Assembly (NCBI GenBank): GCA_035913415.1
Contig: JAMIIV010000247.1
Location: 16,551-80,550, forward strand
Direction of reading: 5' to 3'
Length of the DNA: 64,000 nucleotides
Source of the DNA: Fibrobacteria bacterium
Lineage (GTDB): Bacteria > Fibrobacterota > Fibrobacteria > UBA5070
In this document: positions 9,427-19,146 of the stretch, piece by piece
Layout of the letters: every line of letters begins with the position of its first letter
Numbering within the stretch: position 1 is the first letter of the stretch
Notes under the pieces: generated by a model
Seen by the model: only the letters and a program-made list of their open reading frames with translations
What the model was told of the DNA's origin: nothing
Database searches by the model: none
Made by a program: the position numbers and the translations under genes

Positions 9427-9866
9427 ACCCCAAGACCAAGCTCCTGTACCTCTGCACCGGAAACTCCTGCCGCAGCCAGATGGCCGAGGCCTGGACCCGC
9501 CACCTCAAAGGCGACCTCTACGAGGTCTTCAGCGCGGGCATCGAAGCGCACGGCCTGAATCCGAACATGGTGAAGGTCATGGCCGAGGTGGGAATCGACG
9601 TCACGGGGCATACGTCGGATCTTGTCACCAAGTACTTCGACGCCGGCTTGGAAATCGTGGTGAGCGTCTGCGGCCACGCCGACCAGAATTGCCCCGTCTT
9701 TCCCGGCCAGGTGCGGCGCATCCACCAGGGATTCGACGATCCCCCGAAGCTGGCGCGGGAACTGGCGGCCCTGGGGGCCTCCGAAGAGGAGCAACTGGAG
9801 CCCTACCGCCGCGTGCGCGACGAAATCAAGGCGTGGGTGGAGACCCTTCCCGGAGCCTTGGCGTGA
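9423..9866 (+). CDS. arsC: Thioredoxin-coupled arsenate reductase (LMW-PTP fold)
   Basis: LCTGNSCRSQMAE, VSVCGHADQNCPVFPG, FDDP. Confidence 0.93.
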   Translation: MNPKTKLLYLCTGNSCRSQMAEAWTRHLKGDLYEVFSAGIEAHGLNPNMVKVMAEVGIDVTGHTSDLVTKYFDAGLEIVVSVCGHADQNCPVFPGQVRRIHQGFDDPPKLARELAALGASEEEQLEPYRRVRDEIKAWVETLPGALA

Positions 9867-10876
9867 ACAGCAGCCTCGAAGAGCAGATCCGCGCCAAGGT
9901 GCGCGAAGGGTACGGCGCCATCGCCGAATCCGACCAGACCGGCTGCTGCACCGGAGGCTCGTGCTGCGGCTCGTCACCGGAGATCGCCCGCGAACTGGCC
10001 ACCAAACTCGGGTACGATCCGGCGGTGCTGGAAACCCTGCCCGAAGGCACCAACCTGGGACTTTCGTGCGGCAATCCCCAGGCCATCGCCGACCTGAAGG
10101 CCGGTGAGACCGTCCTGGACCTGGGATCGGGAGCCGGCTTCGACGTCTTCCTGGCCGCCCAGGCCGTGGGACCTTCCGGACGCGCCATCGGGGTCGACAT
10201 GACCTCCGCGATGCTGACCAAGGCGCGCCGCAACGCAAGCGCCTTCGGCGAACGCACCGGTCTCACCAATGTCGAATTCCGTCTGGGAGAGATCGAGCAT
10301 CTTCCTGTGGCCGATTCGTCCGTGGACGTGGTGATCTCCAACTGCGTCCTGAATCTATCGCCCGACAAACCCCAGGTGTGGCGCGAGATCGCCCGCGTGC
10401 TCAAGCCCTGCGGCCGTGTGGCCATCTCGGACCTGGCGCTGGCCAAACCCCTGCCGTCGGGCGTGTTCGAGCTCGCCGAAGCCCTGGTGGGCTGTGTCGC
10501 CGGTGCGGTCCTGGTCGAAGATGTCTGGGCCGCCGCCGACGCCGCGGGACTCGCCGAAATCGCCATCACGGTCAAACACGACTACGTCGCGGTCATGGAG
10601 AACCTGCAGGATCCGCTGTACCGCGAAATCCTCGAGCTGCTTCCCACCGGAGAGCGCCTCTCCGACTACATCGTGTCGGCGACCATCTCGGCGCACAAAC
10701 CTTGCGAGGGTTGTGACGGGAATGGCGATTGTAGCGACGACGAACGCCTCGGAAACGGACCTGGCGGTGGGGACGACGCCCGCCTGACCTCGTCGACACC
10801 CGAATGGCACCAGAACAGCTCGTGCTGCGGCGCGACCGAAATGGGCGACGTGGGTGCCGGAAAGCGGTGCTGTTGA
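9863..10876 (+). CDS. arsM: Arsenite S-adenosylmethionine methyltransferase with Cys-rich C-terminal tail
   Basis: LGLSCGNP, LDLGSGAGFD, VISNCVLNLSPDK, GCVAGA; GTG start at 9863 coupled to the arsC stop. Confidence 0.92.
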   Translation: MNSSLEEQIRAKVREGYGAIAESDQTGCCTGGSCCGSSPEIARELATKLGYDPAVLETLPEGTNLGLSCGNPQAIADLKAGETVLDLGSGAGFDVFLAAQAVGPSGRAIGVDMTSAMLTKARRNASAFGERTGLTNVEFRLGEIEHLPVADSSVDVVISNCVLNLSPDKPQVWREIARVLKPCGRVAISDLALAKPLPSGVFELAEALVGCVAGAVLVEDVWAAADAAGLAEIAITVKHDYVAVMENLQDPLYREILELLPTGERLSDYIVSATISAHKPCEGCDGNGDCSDDERLGNGPGGGDDARLTSSTPEWHQNSSCCGATEMGDVGAGKRCC

Positions 10877-11919
10877 TGGCCGCGGCACGACTGTCGTTCC
10901 TGGATCGGTGGCTCACCCTCTGGATCGCCTTGGCCATGGCCTCGGGGCTCGTTCTGGGAAAGTTCGCACCCGCCCTGGTGCAAGCCTTGGCCGACGCCTC
11001 GATCGGGTCCACCTCGATCCCCATCGCCATCGGTCTGATCCTGATGATGATCCCGCCCTTCGCCCGGGTGCGTCCTCGGGAACTGCCCAAGGTGTTCACC
11101 GACCCGAAGGCGTTGTCGCTTTCCGTCGTCCTGAACTGGCTGGTCGGACCGGTACTGATGTTCGCCTTGGCCTGGATCTTCCTGTCCGACCGTCCCGACC
11201 TCTTCGCGGGACTGGTCCTGGTCGGTCTGGCGCGGTGCATCGCCATGGTGGTCGTCTGGAACCAGCTCGCTGGCGGGTCCGCCGAAGCCGCCGCAGGCCT
11301 GGTGGCCTTCAACAGCGTCTTCCAGGTGCTCACCTACGGCGGCTACGCGTGGTTCTTCCTGTCGGTGGTCGCGCCCTGGGCGGGACTTCCGGCGCAAGAC
11401 ATCGCCGTTTCCATGGGCGAAGTCGCCGGTTCGGTGCTGTTGTACCTGGGCCTTCCCTTCGCGCTGGGTCTGGGAATCCGCTGGCTTCTGGTGACCTTCC
11501 GCGGCGAGGCCGCAACCGCCAGGTTCAATGCCCGGTTCGCTCCCGTGACCCTGGTCGCGCTCTTGTTCACCATCGTCGTGCTCTTCGCCCTGCAGGGCGA
11601 CCGCATCCTGTCGAAGCCTTTCGAGGTGGTGCGGGTGGCGGCACCGCTGGCCATCTACTTCGCCGCGATGTTCGCCCTCTCGTGGTGGACGGCTCGGCGC
11701 ATCGGGATGGACTACGGCCGCACGGTCACGCAGGCATTCACGGGTGCGTCCAACAATTTCGAACTGGCCATCGCCGTGGCCATCGGATCGTTCGGGCTCA
11801 CCTCGGGCGCGGCCTTCGCCGCCACCATCGGCCCTCTGGTGGAAGTTCCCGTGATGGTGGCGCTGGTGCAAGTCGCGCTGCGGCTGCGGCCGACAACGGG
11901 CAGTCTTCAGCGCGGGTAG
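10876..11919 (+). CDS. acr3: Acr3 family arsenite efflux transporter
   Basis: LSFLDRWL..W, GLARCIAMV.VWN, SNNFELAIAVAI, IGPLVEVPVM. Confidence 0.95.
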   Translation: MAAARLSFLDRWLTLWIALAMASGLVLGKFAPALVQALADASIGSTSIPIAIGLILMMIPPFARVRPRELPKVFTDPKALSLSVVLNWLVGPVLMFALAWIFLSDRPDLFAGLVLVGLARCIAMVVVWNQLAGGSAEAAAGLVAFNSVFQVLTYGGYAWFFLSVVAPWAGLPAQDIAVSMGEVAGSVLLYLGLPFALGLGIRWLLVTFRGEAATARFNARFAPVTLVALLFTIVVLFALQGDRILSKPFEVVRVAAPLAIYFAAMFALSWWTARRIGMDYGRTVTQAFTGASNNFELAIAVAIGSFGLTSGAAFAATIGPLVEVPVMVALVQVALRLRPTTGSLQRG

Positions 11920-12662
11920 GCGGATTCGATGATTTCCGTCAGATCGACATCCCAGCGCAGACGCGGATCGGGATCGCCGATCTTCCTGGCGATCATCGAA
12001 ATCCCCAGGTAGGCGTACTCCCTCTCGACACCCACCATCGAGGATTCATTCGCCAGCGGGATGATCCTGCACGGGAGACCTTCACTGACTTCGACCACCT
12101 CGAACCCCGTGAACCGGTTGAACAGCATGCGCAACCCGTCGGACGAGAACCGGAAGAAGTCCCAAGGACGATCGTGCAGAGGCCATGCCGGATGCGTCGC
12201 CACGAATACGAGGCCGCCAGGTTTGAGGACACGATTCATCTCCAGGGCGACCTTCCAGGGCATGCCCAGGTGTTCGAAGACGGAAATGCAGAAGGCCGCG
12301 TCGAAGGTGCCCGCGTCGAAGGACTTGGACAGCGCGTGCGCATCGGCGACGACGTCCACCCCAATTCCAGGCAAGATGTCCACACCTGTCCGCCTGCAGC
12401 CTTCGCCGAAGAGATTGCCACACTGGTTTCCCGATCTCGCACGGGCACCGATCTCCAGGATCTTCCCCTCGCGCGTTTCATTCACCATCCGAACGAAGTT
12501 CCGGAAAATGGTGTGGAATGGATCATCACGGGTATCCGAGCGCATCGGCAGGAGAACAGCTCGCGCCATCCAGCAGAGTGCGGCATTGAACAAGGTCTGG
12601 CGGAGTGTCCGTCCGTCAGCATTGGCTCTGGCCTTCACATTCGCAAGTTTCTGGTAGAGCAT
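11907..12662 (-). CDS. Class I SAM-dependent methyltransferase (type 11); start uncertain (12662 has a GGAGG RBS; frame open to 12839)
   Basis: ILEIGAR, VDVVADAH, SVFEHL..PW....EM.RVLKPGG, DFFRFS. Confidence 0.75.
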   Translation of the reverse strand: MLYQKLANVKARANADGRTLRQTLFNAALCWMARAVLLPMRSDTRDDPFHTIFRNFVRMVNETREGKILEIGARARSGNQCGNLFGEGCRRTGVDILPGIGVDVVADAHALSKSFDAGTFDAAFCISVFEHLGMPWKVALEMNRVLKPGGLVFVATHPAWPLHDRPWDFFRFSSDGLRMLFNRFTGFEVVEVSEGLPCRIIPLANESSMVGVEREYAYLGISMIARKIGDPDPRLRWDVDLTEIIESAYPR

Positions 12663-12868
12663 TCCGCCATCCTCCATCCCAACGTATTCCAGCCAATTCC
12701 AGGGCGAATCGGCATCTCGGAAGGTAAACCCATGTGTTCCACGAGTCCGGGCTAAATCCATAGAACGACTGCTGCGCAACCGAAGAATCAAGTAGGGACG
12801 CATCCGGGCGTGAGCGCCGTCACGCTCCGACCATGGCAAGGTGTTCCATCACGATTAGAATTGCATCC

Positions 12869-13981
12869 ATGCCCGATTCGCCCAACTCCTCCCCCGCCAC
12901 CGGATACCGGTGGATCTGGATCGCCACTCCTGTCGGAGCCCTCTGCGGATTCGCCTACGGCCTGGTCCACCTCATCGTCTTCTTGATGGGAAGCAATTCC
13001 GGCATTCCCGCCGCCCGCAACCCCCTGGGGGCCATCCTGCTGCTCATCCCGTTGGCCGCCTGGTTTCTGGCCACCATCTCCACTGGAGCCCTGTTGGGCA
13101 TGGGTTTTTCCGCTTGGCTGGTGGCACGCGCCAACGATGCCTCCGGACACCCCACGCGCCAGGCGGCGGCATCGCACCAACTGCCGTTGGCGACTCTCAC
13201 CGCGGGCAACCTGGGCATCGCCGCGGTCGTCTGGATCCTCTGGGGCATCTTCGGCGAGCCCCTCACCCTCGGCACGGGCATCTTCCTGGGCGTGTGGCCC
13301 CCGTTCGTGGCCTGGACCTCCCTGTGGGTGCTGGTCGTCCTGTCCGCGTGGCAGAAACTGTCCGATCGCCTGGTTCCCTCCGGCGACGAGTGGTGGCAGC
13401 GCATCCCGGCAGGGCTGATGGAATCGCTCCCGGCCAACCTCTCGCGAATCCTCTGGAACGTGGTGGTCGCATCGCTTGGCACCGGCATCGCATGGGCCAT
13501 CCTGCTGATCGGAACCAGCCTTCAGAAACGCGACACGACCGGCCTGCTCGGATTGTCCCCCTTCACCAAGACCTGGGGGATCGTTTTGGCAGGAGTGGTC
13601 CTGCTGCAACTGGTCGCCCTGGCCCTGCACGCCTGGAATCTACGAGGGGTCGCCATTGGCTCCTTGAAGGCCAAAGTGGTCGACATGGCCCTGATCTGGC
13701 TTCCCCTGGAGCGGCTTCCCCAACTGCCCGAGGCCCCCCAGATGCTGCGTCGCGCCCTGGTCCCCAATGCGAACCTGCCATGGATCCTGCGATTCGTCTG
13801 GAAACGAGCGGCGTCGAAATTCGAGCCCGTGTTCACGCATTGGGATCGTTGGACGGGCGCTTCCGACCCTCGCGAAGCATTGAGGGACGTGCTGGGATCA
13901 GACACCGTGGACGACGCCCTCCTGTTCTGGACGTGCTCCCTGCAAGTCACCCTGGCGGTCCTGTGGGCGGTGGCCGCATGA
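12869..13981 (+). CDS. Hypothetical polytopic membrane protein
   Basis: Long ORF with about 7-8 hydrophobic segments and host-like GC3; no family recognised. Confidence 0.6.
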   Translation: MPDSPNSSPATGYRWIWIATPVGALCGFAYGLVHLIVFLMGSNSGIPAARNPLGAILLLIPLAAWFLATISTGALLGMGFSAWLVARANDASGHPTRQAAASHQLPLATLTAGNLGIAAVVWILWGIFGEPLTLGTGIFLGVWPPFVAWTSLWVLVVLSAWQKLSDRLVPSGDEWWQRIPAGLMESLPANLSRILWNVVVASLGTGIAWAILLIGTSLQKRDTTGLLGLSPFTKTWGIVLAGVVLLQLVALALHAWNLRGVAIGSLKAKVVDMALIWLPLERLPQLPEAPQMLRRALVPNANLPWILRFVWKRAASKFEPVFTHWDRWTGASDPREALRDVLGSDTVDDALLFWTCSLQVTLAVLWAVAA

Positions 13982-14496
13982 ACCTCCACCGCTACTCCCT
14001 GCTCATCATCCTGCTTGTTTCCCTGTTTCCCAGGAGTGCACACGTGTCGCAGGTCTTCCCCGAGTTCCAGACCCTCGAGTCGTTGTCCGCCTCGTCGTTC
14101 GTTCTTCTGGTCGAACCGGCGACTCCGGCTTTTACCAACGAGACGCTCCCCCACGGACCGGGCTCCAAAGCGGATGTGGTCAGCCGTGCGCGTTGGACCG
14201 TGCTCGAAGTCCTTCGCGCCGAAAAAACAATGGCCAAAGGCGCCGTGATCCGGGTGGCTCGATACAACGAGAGTTTCGATCTGGCGATGTCGCATTCCAT
14301 CGCCAGCGGCATGCCCACACCTTCGGTGGCCGCTCCGATGTACGAAGGCGCGGCGTCAGGTCCCGACGGGCGCCGGATCCTCTTCTTGGACGGCAATCCC
14401 GCCACAGGGCTCTTCCACGAGGTGTGCATCGGGTCGTCGGAAAGCGCCGATTCCTTGGCGCGGGTGCGCAAGCTTTTGCGCAAGCGCAAACCCTGA
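13978..14496 (+). CDS. Hypothetical exported protein
   Basis: ATG overlaps the upstream TGA; signal-peptide-like MNLHRYSLLIILLVSLFPRSAH. Confidence 0.6.
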   Translation: MNLHRYSLLIILLVSLFPRSAHVSQVFPEFQTLESLSASSFVLLVEPATPAFTNETLPHGPGSKADVVSRARWTVLEVLRAEKTMAKGAVIRVARYNESFDLAMSHSIASGMPTPSVAAPMYEGAASGPDGRRILFLDGNPATGLFHEVCIGSSESADSLARVRKLLRKRKP

Positions 14497-14554
14497 GACC
14501 AACCCCAATAGCGTTTCAATCGTCGGAATAGGCCGGATTGACATCGGAATCTCC

Positions 14555-14609
14555 CGGTGGTCGAGCTTGTCGAGACCAACCGGGTGGGTCTCGACAGGCT
14601 CGACCACCG
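14555..14609. repeat. REP-like 23-bp inverted repeat
   Basis: cggtggtcgagcttgtcgagacc-N9-ggtctcgacaggctcgaccaccg (one G:T pair), between convergent genes. Confidence 0.85.
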
Positions 14610-14637
14610 TTAGCCTAGCTCGAACACCGGGGCCAGT

Positions 14638-15579
14638 TCAGGCCTGCGAGCCCGAGTCTCCCAGGGACGCCATCATGCGTCGAAATCCGTCGATGTGGTC
14701 TCCAAGATCCGCCAGATACCGGCCCCGCAGCTCGCAAACGGCCATGCCGCGGAAGGTGGGAACGATGGGGCCCAGTACCGCTCGATAATCGATGTCTCCA
14801 CGGCCCGGGGGCATGTGCAGGTCGCCTCGACCCAACGGGATCTGGTGGGTCTGCGTCTTTTCGGTCCAGTTGGCGACACGCCCGAAGTTGTCGTGTACAT
14901 GCAGATGCAGGAGCGGTTTCCCGCCCAGCATCGCCGCGGCCTCCGTCTCCGAGTACCCGTGCAGGCGCGCGCTCATGTGCAGATGCCCCGTATCGAGGCA
15001 GATTCCGACATTCGGCCGCCCCACCCGAGCGACTTGTCCGAGCAGGTCTTCGGGGAATTCGGCGTAACAGTAGGGAGAATAGGGAAGGTACGGACGTGCG
15101 TTTTCCAAGGCGATGCGCACCCTGGGGAAGGCATCGGCGGCCACCCGCAGCAACGTGGCCTCCTCCTCCAACAAGTCTTGGCTCTCGCTGGCCTGGGGGC
15201 GCCACGGCACCGCTACTCCGAACTCCACCTCCGAGACCCAACGCCCCGGGTGCACCACCAGGACCTCGCCGCCGGCGAGATCGCAGAATTCCAGGCAGGC
15301 ATCCAGCACGGCGCGGTGCATGTCGGCATCGCGCTCGGCCATCAGGTCCAGAGAATCGGGGGCGTGCACGCTCAAGCGCAATGGGAAATCGCGGAGGATC
15401 CCCAGGAAGGCCGAGACGCGCAGACGATCCAAGCGTCCTGCCCGGATGGCATCGAGTCCGTGGATGCCGATCTCGACGGCTTGGAGTCCCAGCCGGGTCG
15501 CTTGCAGCAGGTCGCCGGGAAGTTTGGCCAGGTTGCCGTCCAAACGGGCCTCGTGGATGTTCGTGGACAGGGTCAGCAC
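14638..15579 (-). CDS. Sugar-phosphate isomerase/AP-endonuclease-2 family TIM-barrel metalloenzyme, last gene of the phn operon
   Basis: SVHAP, LVVHPG, IALEN, ICLDTGH, HLHVHDN...DLHMPPG.G.ID; GTG start overlaps the phnM stop. Confidence 0.8.
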   Translation of the reverse strand: MLTLSTNIHEARLDGNLAKLPGDLLQATRLGLQAVEIGIHGLDAIRAGRLDRLRVSAFLGILRDFPLRLSVHAPDSLDLMAERDADMHRAVLDACLEFCDLAGGEVLVVHPGRWVSEVEFGVAVPWRPQASESQDLLEEEATLLRVAADAFPRVRIALENARPYLPYSPYCYAEFPEDLLGQVARVGRPNVGICLDTGHLHMSARLHGYSETEAAAMLGGKPLLHLHVHDNFGRVANWTEKTQTHQIPLGRGDLHMPPGRGDIDYRAVLGPIVPTFRGMAVCELRGRYLADLGDHIDGFRRMMASLGDSGSQA

Positions 15580-16718
15580 GAGGCGTAGACCTCTCGGCCG
15601 CGCGACCAGGTGCGGACCACGTCGGGGATTCCCCGGTCTTGGCGCACCAGGACCAGATCGGCATTGCGTCCCACGTCGATGGATCCGGTCGTGTCCCCGA
15701 TGCCCACGCAACGGGCCGGCACGGACGAAGCCATCGCGACCGCGTCCTCCAAGGGCAGGATCCCCCACTCCGCGAGCAGGAACACGGCGTGCAGGATCGA
15801 TTGCGGCAAGTAGTCCGAACAGAGGATGTCCCCGAAACCCGCCTCGAGGGCGGACCTGGCCGACATGTTCCCGGCCTGGGATCCACCACGCACCAGATTG
15901 GGAGCCCCCAGGCAAGTACGGACCCCAGCCCGTTTCGCCTCGCGCGCGGTGTCCAGGTCGATGGGGAACTCGCTCATCGCGATGCCTTCCCGGAGACACC
16001 AGGCGATTTTCTCGGCGCAATCGTCGTCGTGGGAAGCCATCGCCACCGCCTGTTCCCGGCACCTGGCCGCCATCGCCCCGACAGCCTCGGCCACTCCTTC
16101 CTCGCGCGCCTTGCGCTTGCGGTCCAGGATGCGGTCCAGGTCCTCGTCGGACTTCGCATACACCTTGCTGTAATAGGACTTGTAGGCCGCGACATCGCGG
16201 TACTGCCCCTGCCCCGGCGAGTGGTCCATGAACGAGAGCAGGCCGAGCTTTCCCTGCTCCAGGAGCCTTTCGAGATGCGGGACAGCCGCCAGATCCGTGA
16301 CCTCGAAGCGCGCATGGATCCTTGTGTCCACCCGAAGCGCCGGCGCGAGGTCGACCACTTCGTCGATCAGGGCGGCTGCGGCGGAATTCGAGCGCAGTCC
16401 TTCTTCCAAGTCGGCGAAGGACAACGAATGGAAGATGGTCGTGATACCCCACCCCGCCAGGCAGCGATCGAGTTCCCGGACGGCCACCCCCACCGGAAAG
16501 CGCGCCTTGGGCCGGGGCTCGACGGCTTTCTCGATGGCATCGGAATGCATGTCCACGAATCCAGGAAGCAACCAGGCTCCCGCAGCGTCCAGGGCGTCGT
16601 CGGATGGCTTGCCTTGGGCGACTTCGACGATCCGACCACCCTCGATGGAGACCAGTGCATCTTCGAGCAGGCGATCGCGCAGCACCGCCGTGCAGTTGTG
16701 GATTCGGAAATTCCTCAT
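15573..16718 (-). CDS. phnM: Alpha-D-ribose 1-methylphosphonate 5-triphosphate diphosphatase
   Basis: LPGFVDMHSD, SFMDHSPGQGQY, ASHDD, GAPNLVRGGS..GN, ILCSDY.P. Confidence 0.95.
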   Translation of the reverse strand: MRNFRIHNCTAVLRDRLLEDALVSIEGGRIVEVAQGKPSDDALDAAGAWLLPGFVDMHSDAIEKAVEPRPKARFPVGVAVRELDRCLAGWGITTIFHSLSFADLEEGLRSNSAAAALIDEVVDLAPALRVDTRIHARFEVTDLAAVPHLERLLEQGKLGLLSFMDHSPGQGQYRDVAAYKSYYSKVYAKSDEDLDRILDRKRKAREEGVAEAVGAMAARCREQAVAMASHDDDCAEKIAWCLREGIAMSEFPIDLDTAREAKRAGVRTCLGAPNLVRGGSQAGNMSARSALEAGFGDILCSDYLPQSILHAVFLLAEWGILPLEDAVAMASSVPARCVGIGDTTGSIDVGRNADLVLVRQDRGIPDVVRTWSRGREVYASC

Positions 16719-17416
16719 GGTTGGTCCCCGATACGGATGGTGCGATCGGCGACTCGCTCCAGGAGCTCGGGGTCGTGGAAGATCCCCAGCAAGGTGGACC
16801 CTCCCGCCTGGAGTTCATGCAACAGCTCCACGACCACCTCCACCGAGGCTTTGTCCAACGATGCTGTGGGTTCGTCCAGAAGCAGGAGGGATGGTCTCCA
16901 GCTCACGGCGCGCGCGATGTTGACGCGTTGCTGTTCGCCACCGGAGAAGGTCGCGGGATAGGCCGAGAACAGGCGCCGCGGAATCCGCAGGCGCTCCAGC
17001 AGCCCGGCCGCCTGCTCGCGGGCCGTGGCCAGATCCACTCCCAACCGGTGAACAATCGGCTCGGCGACCAGATCCACCGCCCCCACACGAGGAATGACCC
17101 GCAGGAACTGCGACACGAAGCCGATTTCCGTCCGTCGCAGCTCCAGCACCGCGCCTTCGTCCAAGGTGGCGAGATCCACACTTCCCAGCGCAGGAGACTC
17201 GTACCAGATCGCTCCCGAACTGGCCAGGTACGTGCGGTAGACGCACTTGAGAACGGTGCTCTTTCCGGCTCCGGAGGGCCCGGCCAAACCGACGAACTCG
17301 CCTTTGGCGACCTCGAAGGAAACATCGGAGACCGCGGGCAGATCGACACCGCCCAGCATGTGCAGAAGGAAGGATTTCGAGAGATTGCGAATGGTCAGCA
17401 TGACGGGACTCCTCAT
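16715..17416 (-). CDS. phnL: C-P lyase ABC-type subunit PhnL
   Basis: LSKSFLLH...GPSGAGKST..KCVYRTY...GFVSQFLRVIPRV...ATFSGGEQQRVNIAR. Confidence 0.93.
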   Translation of the reverse strand: MRSPVMLTIRNLSKSFLLHMLGGVDLPAVSDVSFEVAKGEFVGLAGPSGAGKSTVLKCVYRTYLASSGAIWYESPALGSVDLATLDEGAVLELRRTEIGFVSQFLRVIPRVGAVDLVAEPIVHRLGVDLATAREQAAGLLERLRIPRRLFSAYPATFSGGEQQRVNIARAVSWRPSLLLLDEPTASLDKASVEVVVELLHELQAGGSTLLGIFHDPELLERVADRTIRIGDQP

Positions 17417-18288
17417 TGCAGCTGGGACGCCACCAGCAACTGGGTGTAGCGGTGCTGCGGGTCCTGCAGAATCTGGTCGGTAAGTCCCGACTCGACGACC
17501 TCGCCGTTCTTCATGACCATGGTGCGCTGGCAGAGGAGGTTGATCACCCCCAGGTCGTGCGAGACCACCAGCATGGAAAGCTTCAACTCCTCGCGCAGGG
17601 ACCGCACCATGTCCAGCACCCGCGCCTGCACCGAGAGGTCGAGTCCGGTGGTGACTTCGTCGAGAAGCAGGATGGGCGGATCTCCCGAGAGGGCCTTGGC
17701 AATCTGCACACGCTGCTGCATGCCACCGCTGAAGTTGCGGGGAGGTTCGTCCATGCGCGAAAGCGGGATCTCGGTGCGCTCCAGCAGGTGCGAGGCGCGC
17801 TCCCGCATGCGACCGATGGACCGCCATCCGGCCGAAAGCAGTCGTTCCGCCACGTTGCCGCCCGCGCTGACTCCCATGCGCAGTCCCAGATGGGGATGCT
17901 GGTAGACGATGCCCATGCTGGCATCGCGCACCTTGCGCTGGCGCCAACGGTCCAGGGCGAGGATGTTCCGACTCCATTCCGAGCCGTCTTGGTGCAGGTC
18001 GGGAACGTCCACCAGCGCGGGCAGGCGGGTGACTTCCAAAAATCCGGAAGTCGCCGCGTCGTCGAAGTGCAGCAGCTTCACCAGCGTGCTCTTGCCCGAT
18101 CCACTCTCGCCCACGATGCCCAGAGCCTCTTCGGGTCGCAGCTCGAAACTCACGTCGCGGCATGCCCAGACGGTACCGCAAGTCGGGCACCGGTTCGTGC
18201 CGGCGACCGCCCCCGTGGAATCCAGGCAACCATCGCATCCGGCCCCGAAACGGCGTGTGATGCCGTGGGCCCGCAGAAGCGCTTCCAT
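17413..18288 (-). CDS. phnK: C-P lyase ABC-type subunit PhnK
   Basis: GIVGESGSGKST, VSAGGNVAERL, FSGGMQQRVQIA, GLTDQILQDPQHRYTQLLV. Confidence 0.95.
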   Translation of the reverse strand: MEALLRAHGITRRFGAGCDGCLDSTGAVAGTNRCPTCGTVWACRDVSFELRPEEALGIVGESGSGKSTLVKLLHFDDAATSGFLEVTRLPALVDVPDLHQDGSEWSRNILALDRWRQRKVRDASMGIVYQHPHLGLRMGVSAGGNVAERLLSAGWRSIGRMRERASHLLERTEIPLSRMDEPPRNFSGGMQQRVQIAKALSGDPPILLLDEVTTGLDLSVQARVLDMVRSLREELKLSMLVVSHDLGVINLLCQRTMVMKNGEVVESGLTDQILQDPQHRYTQLLVASQLQ

Positions 18289-19146
18289 CTAGGATCTCCT
18301 CTTGTCGCAATACCCGGTGTCGGAGCAGAAGAAGGTGCGGGTGCCATCCGGCCCCAGGATCTCGTCCAGGAACGTGTCGGTGGCGCCGCAACGGGCGCAC
18401 GACTTGCCCGAGAAATCTTCCACCCGGAAGCGGTGGTCCTCGAATTCCAACGGCTCGACCCGCGTATGCGGGGGGACGGCGTAGATGCGCCGCTCGCGCC
18501 CGGCCCCGAACAGGAAGAGCGTGTCGGCCATGTGCAACTTGGGCACATCCCAGCGGGGGATCGGGCTGGGGTCCATCACGTGCCGTCCGTTGACCGTGCA
18601 GGGATACCGATAGGCCAGGCGAATCTCCCCGAACCGGACCACGTCTTCGTAGAGGTGCAGCCACATGCGGGCGTAGTCGGCCTCGGCGTGCATCCGACGG
18701 GTACTCGCTTCCGAAGGCTCCACCTCGCGCAGCGCTTCCGGGTACGGCACCTGCAGGACCAGAATCTGTCGATGGTCCATGCGCTCTTCGGGGATGCGGT
18801 GGCGCGTCTGGATCAGTGTCGCCTGCAGCGTGTCGGTGGTGACCTCGATGCCGCCGGTGCGCTCGAAGAACTTCTTGATGTTCACGGCGTTGACCGATCC
18901 GTCGCACCCCTGGTCGATCACCTTCACGATGTCGGAGGGCGTCATCAGCGACAGGGTGATCTGGATGCCCCCGGTTCCCCATCCGCGGGCCAAGGGCATC
19001 TCGCGCGAGCCGTACGGCACTTGGTAACCGGGGATCGCCACGGCCTTCAGCAGAGCTCGGCGGACGTCCTTCTTGGCCCCATCGTCCAGGAACGCGTAGG
19101 TGGAGCGGCGGCGTGTGCCGCGGGACAGCCATTCATGCGCGTGCAC
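18289..19146 (-). CDS. phnJ: C-P lyase radical SAM subunit PhnJ
   Basis: ALLKAVAIPGYQVPYGSREMP..RGWGTGG; C-x2-C-x21-C (CARC...FFCSDTGYC). Confidence 0.96.
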   Translation of the reverse strand: MHAHEWLSRGTRRRSTYAFLDDGAKKDVRRALLKAVAIPGYQVPYGSREMPLARGWGTGGIQITLSLMTPSDIVKVIDQGCDGSVNAVNIKKFFERTGGIEVTTDTLQATLIQTRHRIPEERMDHRQILVLQVPYPEALREVEPSEASTRRMHAEADYARMWLHLYEDVVRFGEIRLAYRYPCTVNGRHVMDPSPIPRWDVPKLHMADTLFLFGAGRERRIYAVPPHTRVEPLEFEDHRFRVEDFSGKSCARCGATDTFLDEILGPDGTRTFFCSDTGYCDKRRS

